Shown here piece after piece: positions 55,525 to 64,000 of a DNA stretch of 64,000 nucleotides (its first letter is position 1; the number at the start of each line of letters is the position of its first letter). Both the position numbers and the translations under genes were made by a program. The DNA lies in the IMG/VR virus record IMGVR_UViG_3300020450_001133. One strand, written 5' to 3'. Below the pieces are notes generated by a model. The model was not told where the DNA came from and searched no databases. It worked only from the letters and a program-made list of their open reading frames with translations. The stretch comes from a virus. Lineage: Duplodnaviria; Caudoviricetes.

Positions 55525-56193
55525 TCAAATGTCTTTTCCTTTAAACTCTTCTGCTAACGGAAATATTTTAGCAATAACATCTGCAACTGCATGAGCAATA
55601 TCAATATGTTCTTGTTGTGTACCATTAGCACCACGTAATTCTATATAATGTATCCAACTTCTTAACGTGCCATTTACATACATTCTGCTGAGTGTATTAC
55701 CTTCTGGCAATACTGCTCTTGCTTGTTCTTTGGCAATACCATTTTCTACTGCCCAAAAGTATGCCGCTCTTGCAGTTCTAATTACATCTTCTTGTGTTTT
55801 TCTCCAAGTGTCAATAATTTCATAGTCTGTGTCACTGTCTGCTGGAATACTGTTTTGTCTATTTTTAGGATCTTGAAATCTTGCTTCTCTAACTTCAAAG
55901 TCTAAATTGTTTGTTGGGTCTGCATAACGTTGGCTGAACTCTTGGAAACTAAAACTTCTGTGTCTTAATATTTGTCTAGCAATATCTCTAGTGGTTTCAA
56001 TTTCTAAACATGCACTTACCATTTCGAGCGGTGACCAATGTTTGTGTTTCATCAAATACTTTACAAGTTTTTCACTTGTTTCTTTATTGTTTTGGTTAGT
56101 AGGATTACTTACCCTGGCACAATATGCCACTAAATCTAATGCTGACTCGTTAAAGTCTGGTGCTTGTGAATGACTTATTAGTTTAACTTTCAC
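55525..56193 (-). CDS. thyX: FAD-dependent thymidylate synthase
   Basis: HWSPLE, ARQILRHRSFSFQEFSQRY, EQARAVLP, LRSWIHYIELR. Confidence 0.97.
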   Translation of the reverse strand: MKVKLISHSQAPDFNESALDLVAYCARVSNPTNQNNKETSEKLVKYLMKHKHWSPLEMVSACLEIETTRDIARQILRHRSFSFQEFSQRYADPTNNLDFEVREARFQDPKNRQNSIPADSDTDYEIIDTWRKTQEDVIRTARAAYFWAVENGIAKEQARAVLPEGNTLSRMYVNGTLRSWIHYIELRGANGTQQEHIDIAHAVADVIAKIFPLAEEFKGKDI

Positions 56194-57100
56194 TTATCCA
56201 ATCTCCTTGTGTTTTTATAAATGTTTCTGCAATTTTTTCGTGCAGTTCTTTTGTGTAATGTGATTTAATTGCGTTAAGATTTTGTTCCTGTCTTATTTTT
56301 AGTAATGCTTCATGCGAACCAAATACATCTTTACTCATATCCCATGTGTCAAACATCTTTAAATTTTTTGCAAGTGTATTCAAAGACGTTAATTCAGGCA
56401 TGTGATGTACAAATTTTAATTTTATATTTTTTTCATCACACACTTTTTGTATTAATGCAAGTGTTCCAAAGAACCTCATAACATGACTGTATATTGGCAG
56501 TCTAAATACTTCTTCTAAATCATTTGGGCCTGCAGTATAATTTGCCCATGAGTCATATTTGTCAAATTTGTATATACGTTCTTTTTTATATCCACGTGGT
56601 TTTGCTTTATCATCTGCACCTAACATAGATACCCAAACCAAATTACCTTGTCTTGCATTTTCTTTAGAAGTATTAGGTAGCCATTTTAAAAACCAATCAT
56701 CAAATTCTTGTTCAGCAGTTGGTTTGGCGAACAAAGCCTCCATGCCAGGTATGTTGTCATACTCTGATTGATAATGACTTTTAAACCATTCTTCTGTGTA
56801 TTTAATTTTTTGATTACCATTTTGAATATCTTCTGGTAATGCAGGTAATTGTTCTTGGTCTATATTATTATCGTGTAAATGTAAGTGTGTTGCTCTTGTG
56901 ACATAGTATAAACAATGTGTAATACTAGGATCTTCCATAATTCTTCCTATTGTTACATACCCATTTGCTTGTACATCACTAAAAGGAATACCTTCTAGTT
57001 TACATTTAAGACCAAAATGTTCAGCAATTATTTCACCATGATGTTTATGTTCAGGATCTGCAACTGCATAACTATCACCTGCAAACATTATTGTATTCAT
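56183..57100 (-). CDS. SGNH-like hypothetical protein
   Basis: FAGDSYA at the N-terminus and SHY near the C-terminus. Confidence 0.5.
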   Translation of the reverse strand: MNTIMFAGDSYAVADPEHKHHGEIIAEHFGLKCKLEGIPFSDVQANGYVTIGRIMEDPSITHCLYYVTRATHLHLHDNNIDQEQLPALPEDIQNGNQKIKYTEEWFKSHYQSEYDNIPGMEALFAKPTAEQEFDDWFLKWLPNTSKENARQGNLVWVSMLGADDKAKPRGYKKERIYKFDKYDSWANYTAGPNDLEEVFRLPIYSHVMRFFGTLALIQKVCDEKNIKLKFVHHMPELTSLNTLAKNLKMFDTWDMSKDVFGSHEALLKIRQEQNLNAIKSHYTKELHEKIAETFIKTQGDWISES

Positions 57101-57765
57101 AAGTTTGCCTCTTTACATGCTTGTTTTATTTCTCTTACTTCTTCTTTGTTGTTTGCAAATAGTTTCATCCAAAACGGAGGATCTATAAAATCTTTTATCA
57201 TTGCTACTTGCTCATCATTAAATTTTTGCAATAATAAATCTCCTGTTTGACTAAGATATATTACCCACGGACTAATTTTTGCACTTCTTATATCATGTAC
57301 TGCTCTACTAGGAGATACAACTTCAAAATAAGACTGCCAATCTTTTTCTGTTTCTTCACTCCATTTGGAAAGATATACAACTGTTCTTTCTAATGCTCTA
57401 AGTCCTGTTTCTTTTCTCACAAAGTCTTGTATGTATGTGTTGTAAGATTTATCTGCTGTCCATTGTTTTAATTTTACACCTTTAGTGATTAACCACTCTG
57501 TGTACTTTTCTGGTTCTAGCCATTCATTAACTTGACATGCCCTACCATACTTTACAAATGCTTCATAATATGGACTCATTATAAATTCTTCTATTGTCTT
57601 TGGATTCTTTGCACTAGTGTTTATTTCATAAAACATCTGAAATGCTCTGTGGCTTAAACGTATGTGGCTCATATCTCTATCAGTCCAACGTCTTTTCTTT
57701 ACACACATATGAACTGCAAGTGTGCTTTCACTTCTGAACTCTTTGCCACACCATTTGCATTTCAT
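57097..57765 (-). CDS. Phage protein with N-terminal C2HC zinc finger
   Basis: CKWC..TLAVHMC. Confidence 0.65.
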   Translation of the reverse strand: MKCKWCGKEFRSESTLAVHMCVKKRRWTDRDMSHIRLSHRAFQMFYEINTSAKNPKTIEEFIMSPYYEAFVKYGRACQVNEWLEPEKYTEWLITKGVKLKQWTADKSYNTYIQDFVRKETGLRALERTVVYLSKWSEETEKDWQSYFEVVSPSRAVHDIRSAKISPWVIYLSQTGDLLLQKFNDEQVAMIKDFIDPPFWMKLFANNKEEVREIKQACKEANL

Positions 57766-58229
57766 TTCTTAAATATTTCCTTTATTCTTTTGTCGTCTAT
57801 ACCAAAGTCTTTTGCCATTTGTTTAAGGTCATCATCACTGTTTATACTTAACAACAAGTCAATTTCATCTTGTTTCAAATGTGGCAAAATTTCATTTATA
57901 AAGTCTACTCTTTTGCTTTTCTTTTTTCTAGCATTTGGCGGCTTTATGTAAGGGTGATGTTGCACTTTACCACTACCAGCCGCTGTCATTAATAACCATT
58001 GCAACTCTGGGTGTTTACTAACATCACTAAACTTGTGATTAATTAATTCATTTACCATCCATATATAGTCAGGTGCTTGTGCGCCTTGCACACTACTTGC
58101 ATACCTCATCATCATCCAAGGACTGAATGCTTTCTTTTGTTCAGCAGTTAATTTATTATACCAGTTACGATCCTTTTTGTCTATGGCTTTCATAACTTCT
58201 GCTAAAGGTAATTGAGCCTTTCTAGCCAT
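57762..58229 (-). CDS. Putative clamp-loader small subunit (T4 gp62-like)
   Basis: FSPWMMMRY..NELIN..HPELQWLL pattern in a replication context; moderate resemblance only. Confidence 0.5.
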   Translation of the reverse strand: MARKAQLPLAEVMKAIDKKDRNWYNKLTAEQKKAFSPWMMMRYASSVQGAQAPDYIWMVNELINHKFSDVSKHPELQWLLMTAAGSGKVQHHPYIKPPNARKKKSKRVDFINEILPHLKQDEIDLLLSINSDDDLKQMAKDFGIDDKRIKEIFKK

Positions 58230-58782
58230 TGTAATTATCCAAATATGTATTCATATAAAATTGTTCACCATCTGCTACTGTTTCGTGCCAATCTTTACTA
58301 GCATTTTCATCTGCTTGGTCACTCACATACTTATAACATTTAAAATCTACGTTTGCTAATTTACATGCCTTTGCTATTGCATAGGCTTCCATCTCTACCA
58401 CATCCGCGATAATACCCAAATCTGCATCACCACTAACAAAATTATCACCGCTACTACAACACATATCATCTATTGGGTCTCCAAAACTTATTATGCCGTC
58501 TGACTCAAAAGGAGTCTGTCCTATACCGAATCCTAATTCACTACACAACATATCACGTTGTACAAAATTTTTCATCTCATGTATTCCACTGCTTACACTG
58601 ATACCACCAGCAGTACCAAAGTTCCAAACAACTTTAGGTTGATATTTTTCAATCAATTTACCAGCAGTAATACCTGCGTTTACTTTTCCAACGCCTGTAA
58701 AAAATACATTACCCCATTTAGCCATGTTGGGTGCTTCTTGCTCTAATGCAATTAAAATTATATTGTCAAATTCATTCTTCAT
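58222..58782 (-). CDS. mtnN: MTA/SAH nucleosidase-like protein
   Basis: GVGKVNA, NFGTAGG, SGDNFV, VEMEAYAIA, KYVSDQA. Confidence 0.85.
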   Translation of the reverse strand: MKNEFDNIILIALEQEAPNMAKWGNVFFTGVGKVNAGITAGKLIEKYQPKVVWNFGTAGGISVSSGIHEMKNFVQRDMLCSELGFGIGQTPFESDGIISFGDPIDDMCCSSGDNFVSGDADLGIIADVVEMEAYAIAKACKLANVDFKCYKYVSDQADENASKDWHETVADGEQFYMNTYLDNYNG

Positions 58783-59323
58783 ATGATATCACACTAAAAG
58801 TATCCATACCACAATACTCTTGCAGTTTAGCACTTCCTTGTAAGAATGTCAAGTCAATTACACATGCATAATGTAAAGGCTGGCATTTAAAGTTTTGTAG
58901 CAGTTCGAATATAGCACTTGCAGTACCACCCGTAGCATTAACATCATCTATAATACAAACGTTGCTGTCTGGCCCTAATTTTGCGTCTTGCTTTATGTTT
59001 AAGTTGGTTTCAGCATACTCATATGTAAAGTGATGTTCATATGTTGGTGGTGGTAACTTACCAGGCTTACGAACTATGTGCAAAGGTATTTCCATATCCA
59101 ATGCCACTGGAGCACCCCATAAAAATCCTCTGGCATCTGGTGCCACAATGTCTGTAATTTTATTACGCAAACAATAATCAGTTAATTTAGTTACAGTATA
59201 TTGAAATGCTTTTGGTTGTGTAAGAATACTTGTAACGTCTTTATATTGTATTCCTTTAACAGGAAAATCAGGTACAGTAGTTATAAGTTTTTTAAGATCC
59301 ATCTTCTTCCATTTCTGCGTCAT
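58772..59323 (-). CDS. apt: Adenine phosphoribosyltransferase
   Basis: VPDFPVKGIQYKDVT, DARGF, VRKPGKLP, IIDDVNATGGT (PRPP loop); start may be at 59302. Confidence 0.92.
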   Translation of the reverse strand: MTQKWKKMDLKKLITTVPDFPVKGIQYKDVTSILTQPKAFQYTVTKLTDYCLRNKITDIVAPDARGFLWGAPVALDMEIPLHIVRKPGKLPPPTYEHHFTYEYAETNLNIKQDAKLGPDSNVCIIDDVNATGGTASAIFELLQNFKCQPLHYACVIDLTFLQGSAKLQEYCGMDTFSVISYEE

Positions 59324-60035
59324 AATCTTCCCAATATTCAGATAAGTCTGCTTCTTCTGGATCTACATAAGGGTCTCTCCATTTGTCTGTTATCCAACCA
59401 ACAGCGGCTTCATAACTCTTGCCCATTGAATCTGAGTAGTCATAATCTACATCTAGTAGTTGTTTGTCATACCAAACATCTTCTACAAATTCACCTAAAT
59501 GTGTTTCTACAATACTGTAAACCAACTTGTTAGGATCAAAAGGTTCATCTGTTTCCACAAACCAAACACCAAATTGTCCTTTTTCTGCACTATGAAATAA
59601 TAAGACAGGTGTACAGCCTTCTGGTGTTTCACCTTCTGTATCTGTACTGATGTATGCTCCTTCTCTGCCTTTTAAACAGTAACCGTCAGTTGATATTTCT
59701 TCTTCATCATATGCATAGTCGTCTGATTCATCTGTGGGGACTGAACTAATATAAAATCCACCATCTGCGTAAGCATTGTTTATGTGTTCAATATCATCTA
59801 GTTCATACCACCCAGATATTTCATTACTCTCTTCTAGTATTGCAGGAGCATTACTGTCGATATCTTCATCATCGTCCCATTCGCTTAATGAAAGGACATG
59901 TGGAATAAAAGTATCATATGCACCGTCTTCTTCAATTATAGGTGCCCAATATTTAACAAACTCATTTGTTACAGAACCAACTGCAAGTTCGCCTCCATAT
60001 CTACCACCTTCTATTCTATATCTATATTTTGCCAT
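59292..60035 (-). CDS. Acidic hypothetical phage protein
   Basis: 247-aa D/E/W/Y-rich ORF with an AGGAG SD. Confidence 0.65.
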   Translation of the reverse strand: MAKYRYRIEGGRYGGELAVGSVTNEFVKYWAPIIEEDGAYDTFIPHVLSLSEWDDDEDIDSNAPAILEESNEISGWYELDDIEHINNAYADGGFYISSVPTDESDDYAYDEEEISTDGYCLKGREGAYISTDTEGETPEGCTPVLLFHSAEKGQFGVWFVETDEPFDPNKLVYSIVETHLGEFVEDVWYDKQLLDVDYDYSDSMGKSYEAAVGWITDKWRDPYVDPEEADLSEYWEDYDAEMEEDGS

Positions 60036-60043
60036 AATTCCTC

Positions 60044-60547
60044 CTAGTCTAACAAATATCCAATATCAATCTCTGCTGGAATTTTGTTTGCTTCTTTAAC
60101 AAACATAGCACATCTAGGATCTGCTTTATCTTCCAACGGAGCAAGTAACATGTGTCCATTTTTTAATTTTGGAAAAAACCATTTTACATCTTGAAAAATG
60201 TTAGTAATTTTTACTTCATGGCATTCCAATATTTTACCACTCAAAGGATTTAATGTTGCAGTTAAAAATCCTCTATTGTTTAAACTAGTCAAAGGTATTA
60301 CTTCTATACCTGTTAAATCTTCATCTGTAATTGCTATACTCCAGTCCATAGGCATTTGTATATTGTGTTCGCCTATTTGTAAGCATATTGCAGGTGCGTA
60401 AAAACTCTCTAAAAATATTAGAGGTAAAAAATAGTAATCCATCCACTCAGGATCACTGGTATCGAAAACTCCAAATCTAATGTCATCTACTTCATCAGGT
60501 ACCTGGTCTATTTCATAAACTTCGTTTTCTACTGTTAAAATTTTCAT
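60044..60547 (-). CDS. Hypothetical protein coupled to the helicase
   Basis: ATGA-type overlap with the uvsW-like gene. Confidence 0.65.
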   Translation of the reverse strand: MKILTVENEVYEIDQVPDEVDDIRFGVFDTSDPEWMDYYFLPLIFLESFYAPAICLQIGEHNIQMPMDWSIAITDEDLTGIEVIPLTSLNNRGFLTATLNPLSGKILECHEVKITNIFQDVKWFFPKLKNGHMLLAPLEDKADPRCAMFVKEANKIPAEIDIGYLLD

Positions 60548-62001
60548 TTATACTCCACTTTTGTTACTGTAAACGGAAATCCTTGTTCTTTGTAAAATGC
60601 TTTCCTTTTTGTCAAATGCCTTTTACTGTATTTCAAATTACTTGTAATATCTACAACATGTAGATAATCTTTATCTTCTGCTTTACGAATACCTCTTCCA
60701 ATACTTTGTATAACCCTAACAAAACTTTTGCCAGGCTCAATAAGTACCAAATTAAATATTCTTGGTATGTTAATACCTACTGCCGCCACACCATATGTAG
60801 CAACAATTACTTTGTTATCTGCTTCTGATATTTCAGCATACTCAGACTGTCTGTCTTTAACTTTCATATCTCCGCTGATAAACACCCATTCAGGATTTTT
60901 GTCTACCAGTAACTCACCAGTTGCTAATCTATCAATTAACACCAGTGTATTACCACTACCGCTCAAACCTTTGATGATATCGCTAATGTGACTAACTCTA
61001 TCGTCATCTGTTACAAGCCATTTCAATTCTTGTGCATAGTTATTAAAACCTAATACGCCGTCTTGTAGTTGAAAAATATTAATGTCTAGTTCTGCTAATA
61101 CGCCTCTATCTTGTAATTCTTTACTACTTAGATTTCCTATTACAGGACCTAAACTACATATACAGCCAATTGCTTCATGTTCTTCTTTTGGTATTGTTCC
61201 AGTTAGACCCCAACGTATTGGAACATGTCTAAAAGGACCACTTAAAAGATTTCTTAGCACATCTGCTTTGGCTTTATGTACTTCGTCAACCATAATGCAC
61301 ACAACACCATCGATGAATTCATCAAGTGGAAAATCTGCTTCATAGTTTTTACTTTTCTTTTCTAAAATACTAAGACTTTGCCAAGTACATATTGTATGAG
61401 TTTTGTCATACTCTTTTCTGTCACCAAACAACACACCTACATCAAGACCCAAATTCTTATAGTCTCTTTCAGTTTGTACTACCAAGTCTTTGTTAGGAAC
61501 AATAACAATACTTCTACCATACTGTTCACACATATCGCTTAAGGCGGCGGTTATGAGCGTCTTACCGGCGCCTGTAGCCACCTCCTGTAAACTTTGTGGG
61601 TTCTTTAAAAACTCATTAATAACCTGAACTTGATAGTCCCTTAATATTACAGGCTCTCCTTCAGCAGGATGACCTTTGGGCCACATTGTGTTTTCATATC
61701 TAGTATCAGTTATAGTAGGAAAGTTAAAATTGTAAGGCTGACGTTTGTCATCTATTTCAATTTCATATCCTGCTTTTTGCACAATAGGTATCAGTTTGTC
61801 CAATATGTTCATGTAAGTTCTTCCGCCTATATCACAATACCTAACACAACCATCCCATCTGCCTAATTTATAAGCAGGCATATGATATGCATAAGGTAAG
61901 AAATATTTGGCTTGGTCAGATATTGCACGTCTTGTCTTGACGTCTAAGCCAACGAATTTTACGTTTACTTCATCTCTTATTTCAAGAACACATTTAGCCA
62001 T
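60544..62001 (-). CDS. uvsW: SF2 DNA helicase (UvsW-like)
   Basis: LRDYQ, ATGAGKT, VDEVH, GLTGT, QSIGRGIR. Confidence 0.9.
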   Translation of the reverse strand: MAKCVLEIRDEVNVKFVGLDVKTRRAISDQAKYFLPYAYHMPAYKLGRWDGCVRYCDIGGRTYMNILDKLIPIVQKAGYEIEIDDKRQPYNFNFPTITDTRYENTMWPKGHPAEGEPVILRDYQVQVINEFLKNPQSLQEVATGAGKTLITAALSDMCEQYGRSIVIVPNKDLVVQTERDYKNLGLDVGVLFGDRKEYDKTHTICTWQSLSILEKKSKNYEADFPLDEFIDGVVCIMVDEVHKAKADVLRNLLSGPFRHVPIRWGLTGTIPKEEHEAIGCICSLGPVIGNLSSKELQDRGVLAELDINIFQLQDGVLGFNNYAQELKWLVTDDDRVSHISDIIKGLSGSGNTLVLIDRLATGELLVDKNPEWVFISGDMKVKDRQSEYAEISEADNKVIVATYGVAAVGINIPRIFNLVLIEPGKSFVRVIQSIGRGIRKAEDKDYLHVVDITSNLKYSKRHLTKRKAFYKEQGFPFTVTKVEYK

Positions 62002-62006
62002 ACTGT

Positions 62007-62036
62007 ATTATACTACCATTTCCTTTGAATTGTCAA
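62007..62036 (-). promoter_or_regulatory. sigma70-type promoter embedded in the last codons of the TonB receptor gene
   Basis: TTGACA-N18-TATAAT, then 5 nt, then the uvsW ATG. Confidence 0.6.
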
Positions 62037-63728
62037 CATAATTTGTCTTCCACGATTGTTATAACCTGGAAGTACTTCTACTTCTTCATCTAAGATGTTG
62101 TCTATTGTTAATGCTAAGTCAACATCATTAGCAAAAGTTTTAATGTATCTAAAAGACAAGTTTTGCAAGTCCTCTAATTCTGCTCCGTCATATGGACCAG
62201 GTATTCTTTCAAAATTACCTCTATAGGTAATATCAAATTCATGACTACCAAAGGCTTGATTCCATTTAACAACACCAACATACTTAGGCACTCTTGCTTG
62301 TTCTGTATCTGTATATTTCAGTGTAAGCATAAAGTTACCAAACCATTGCGAGTATCTAATACCTAGTGTGTCGTATGCACCAGTATTGTAATACTTTGCA
62401 TTGTAGTATTCTGTTGTGGTTGTTGTAATTGCATTACCATCTTCATCATAAGTTACAGTTGTAACATCATTACTTCCACCTGGTGCATATTCTATTGCTT
62501 CTTCAAAGTCATATTTGAAAATACTTAACACACCAAATCCTATTTCGTAACCAACACCTTCTTCAGGCAATAAGTCTAGATTTGCATCAACCCAACTATC
62601 ACCATGTAATTCATAAAGTGTAGGTCTTCTATAACTGTTACCAACATTTAAAAAGAATGGACCACTTTCTAAACCAAATCTTAATGCGTTTTGGTCTTCA
62701 TTTCCAACTCTAAAACCAAAGTTGTATTTCATGGCAAAGTCGGCATTAATATTTAAGTATGCACCGTAATTGTCTCTGCTATGTTCTTCATTGTTTAGAC
62801 TTTGATACTTCTCATGACTTGCGTCTACACCATATGCGATTTGCAATTTGTTAGATAGGTTAGTTTGGTCACCAACTCTCAAATAGTCTGTGCTACTTTC
62901 GTTAGCATATGACATCCATTCGCCTGTGTAATAATCTGCTTTGTCATGTGTTCTACCCAATGTAAAATATTCATTGTTTAATGCAATATTATATTTTTCA
63001 CCATCTTGTTCACAATTATTAGACTGATTAAAACTAGAATCATAACAGTTGTCATAATCATAACTGTAATCAGTGTAGTCCATTGTTATCCTAAAATCTT
63101 GTACATCAAAATTTAACTTTGCGTTTCTATTTGTGTACCAGTCACTTTCAGTATTATCATTTCTTACACTATCTTGGTTTATTTCCATTGCAGTATATTG
63201 AAACCATTTTGCAGGTGCAACACTAACCATTTTATGATCCTGTGAACCTAAGATTGCAGTAACACCTTGTTCAATGTTATCTTTAATCAATATAGTACCA
63301 GCAATACTACCACTACCATACACAACACTATTAGCACCAGAAATAATTTTAACTTCTTGCCCTGTTGCTAGTTCATTACCAAAATCATACCATGCACTAC
63401 CAGGCAAGTTTGCTGGTATGCCGTTTTTGTAAACAGCGGTATGTACATTTTGTGCACCACGTTCGTTATATCCTTGGAAAGCACCATAACCACCAGCAGT
63501 CCATGTATGACCGGGTAGTAATGCTCTTATAAAGGAATTACCTTTTAGTGGGTCTGCTTTTATAGTTGTGCTTTGTTGTCCCACTACCACAACTTCTTCT
63601 ATCTCCTCTGCCTGTGCTTTTGGACTTAAACATACTGCTACTGAGAACAATATCATCCATACAAAAGCCGCATACATAGGAGAAAAATTGATATGGAAGT
63701 TCCAATCAATCTTACTTCTATTACTCAT
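62013..63728 (-). CDS. TonB-dependent outer-membrane receptor, BtuB-like
   Basis: Signal peptide ending AQA, TonB box EEVVVVG, plug ERGA..GANSVVYGSGSIAG, C-terminal PGYNNRGR..W. Confidence 0.85.
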   Translation of the reverse strand: MSNRSKIDWNFHINFSPMYAAFVWMILFSVAVCLSPKAQAEEIEEVVVVGQQSTTIKADPLKGNSFIRALLPGHTWTAGGYGAFQGYNERGAQNVHTAVYKNGIPANLPGSAWYDFGNELATGQEVKIISGANSVVYGSGSIAGTILIKDNIEQGVTAILGSQDHKMVSVAPAKWFQYTAMEINQDSVRNDNTESDWYTNRNAKLNFDVQDFRITMDYTDYSYDYDNCYDSSFNQSNNCEQDGEKYNIALNNEYFTLGRTHDKADYYTGEWMSYANESSTDYLRVGDQTNLSNKLQIAYGVDASHEKYQSLNNEEHSRDNYGAYLNINADFAMKYNFGFRVGNEDQNALRFGLESGPFFLNVGNSYRRPTLYELHGDSWVDANLDLLPEEGVGYEIGFGVLSIFKYDFEEAIEYAPGGSNDVTTVTYDEDGNAITTTTTEYYNAKYYNTGAYDTLGIRYSQWFGNFMLTLKYTDTEQARVPKYVGVVKWNQAFGSHEFDITYRGNFERIPGPYDGAELEDLQNLSFRYIKTFANDVDLALTIDNILDEEVEVLPGYNNRGRQIMLTIQRKW

Positions 63729-63757
63729 TCTGTCTCCAGGTTATTAGTTCTATTATA

Positions 63758-63785
63758 ATTATACGTCTTATTGTGGAAAAGTCAA
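63758..63785 (-). promoter_or_regulatory. sigma70-type promoter of the TonB receptor gene
   Basis: TTGACT-N16-TATAAT with a second TATAAT in tandem. Confidence 0.65.
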
Positions 63786-63796
63786 GTTAAAAATGT

Positions 63797-63829
63797 AATA
63801 AAGTGACGCCCGGAAGAACTCCGGGCGTC
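63797..63829 (-). terminator. GC-rich hairpin, probable intrinsic terminator
   Basis: Perfect 10-bp stem GACGCCCGGA/TCCGGGCGTC, followed on the minus strand by an interrupted T-tract (ACTTTATT). Confidence 0.7.
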
Positions 63830-63883
63830 TAAGGTGCTCTCTTGGGGGATGACTAACGTTTGAGCACCAGGGAACCGTTAGCA
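63805..63883 (-). ncRNA. Candidate small RNA: H-type pseudoknot plus 3' hairpin
   Basis: S1 GCTAACG/CGTTAGT and S2 GGTGCTC/GAGCACC are interleaved; an ATAAATA motif sits 6 nt upstream. Confidence 0.55.
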
Positions 63884-63896
63884 ATATATATTTATT

Positions 63897-64000
63897 TTAT
63901 ATTGCACCCTTCATGCAAGTTGTTCTGGCTAATGACTGCCAATTTTTAGGCTCCATCTTCTTAAGGTCTGAAATCTTAAGAACCATACGCAAACTAACTT
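63897..64000 (-). CDS. C-terminal fragment of a gene starting beyond the window (possibly an AAA-type ATPase)
   Basis: Open frame VSLRMVLKISDLKKMEPKNWQSLARTTCMKGAI-stop; SLRMxLKIxDL resembles phage AAA ATPase C-termini. Confidence 0.55.
   Translation of the reverse strand, partial: VSLRMVLKISDLKKMEPKNWQSLARTTCMKGAI

Noticed and set aside
63729-63896. Cobalamin riboswitch upstream of the BtuB-like gene
   Set aside because: No B12-box or recognisable core (GGGAA..GCCACUG) is present, and the region is short; the structure present is a different pseudoknot.

Overview
This window is a segment of a large, AT-rich dsDNA tailed phage with T4-like/jumbo-myovirus character, not a cellular chromosome. 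Almost all genes lie on the minus strand, and the standard genetic code reads cleanly. Replication and nucleotide genes include an UvsW-like helicase, a gp41/DnaB helicase, a gp61-like primase, a very short DnaE-like protein, thyX, class Ia nrdA/nrdB, a PD-(D/E)XK exonuclease and two tRNAs (Glu-TTC, Thr-TGT). Probable virion genes include a PAAR protein, an 887-aa fibre-like protein and a roughly 20-kb block whose proteins share an N-terminal motif resembling the T4 capsid-targeting sequence; that block includes a SOD1-ParB-ParB fusion and a 2332-aa amidoligase/nuclease mosaic. Auxiliary genes are unusually numerous: GH6 glycoside hydrolase, peptide deformylase, a BtuB-like TonB receptor, a DUF6580-like membrane protein, pseudoazurin, PyrD, two fatty-acid desaturases, a radical SAM enzyme, four 2OG/Fe(II)-oxygenase-like proteins, two glycosyltransferases, MTA/SAH nucleosidase and APRT. 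The host is probably a Gram-negative bacterium, possibly marine (inference). The strongest new leads are: (i) a promoter- and terminator-bounded H-type pseudoknot RNA at about 63805-63883; (ii) a 124-nt structured RNA at the head of the tRNA transcript; (iii) a recurring ATAAATA-N5-ATG arrangement implying leaderless late mRNAs; (iv) the putative protease-processed capsid cargo island; and (v) a 189-aa minimal C-family polymerase. All family calls come from visual motif recognition; no database searches were run.
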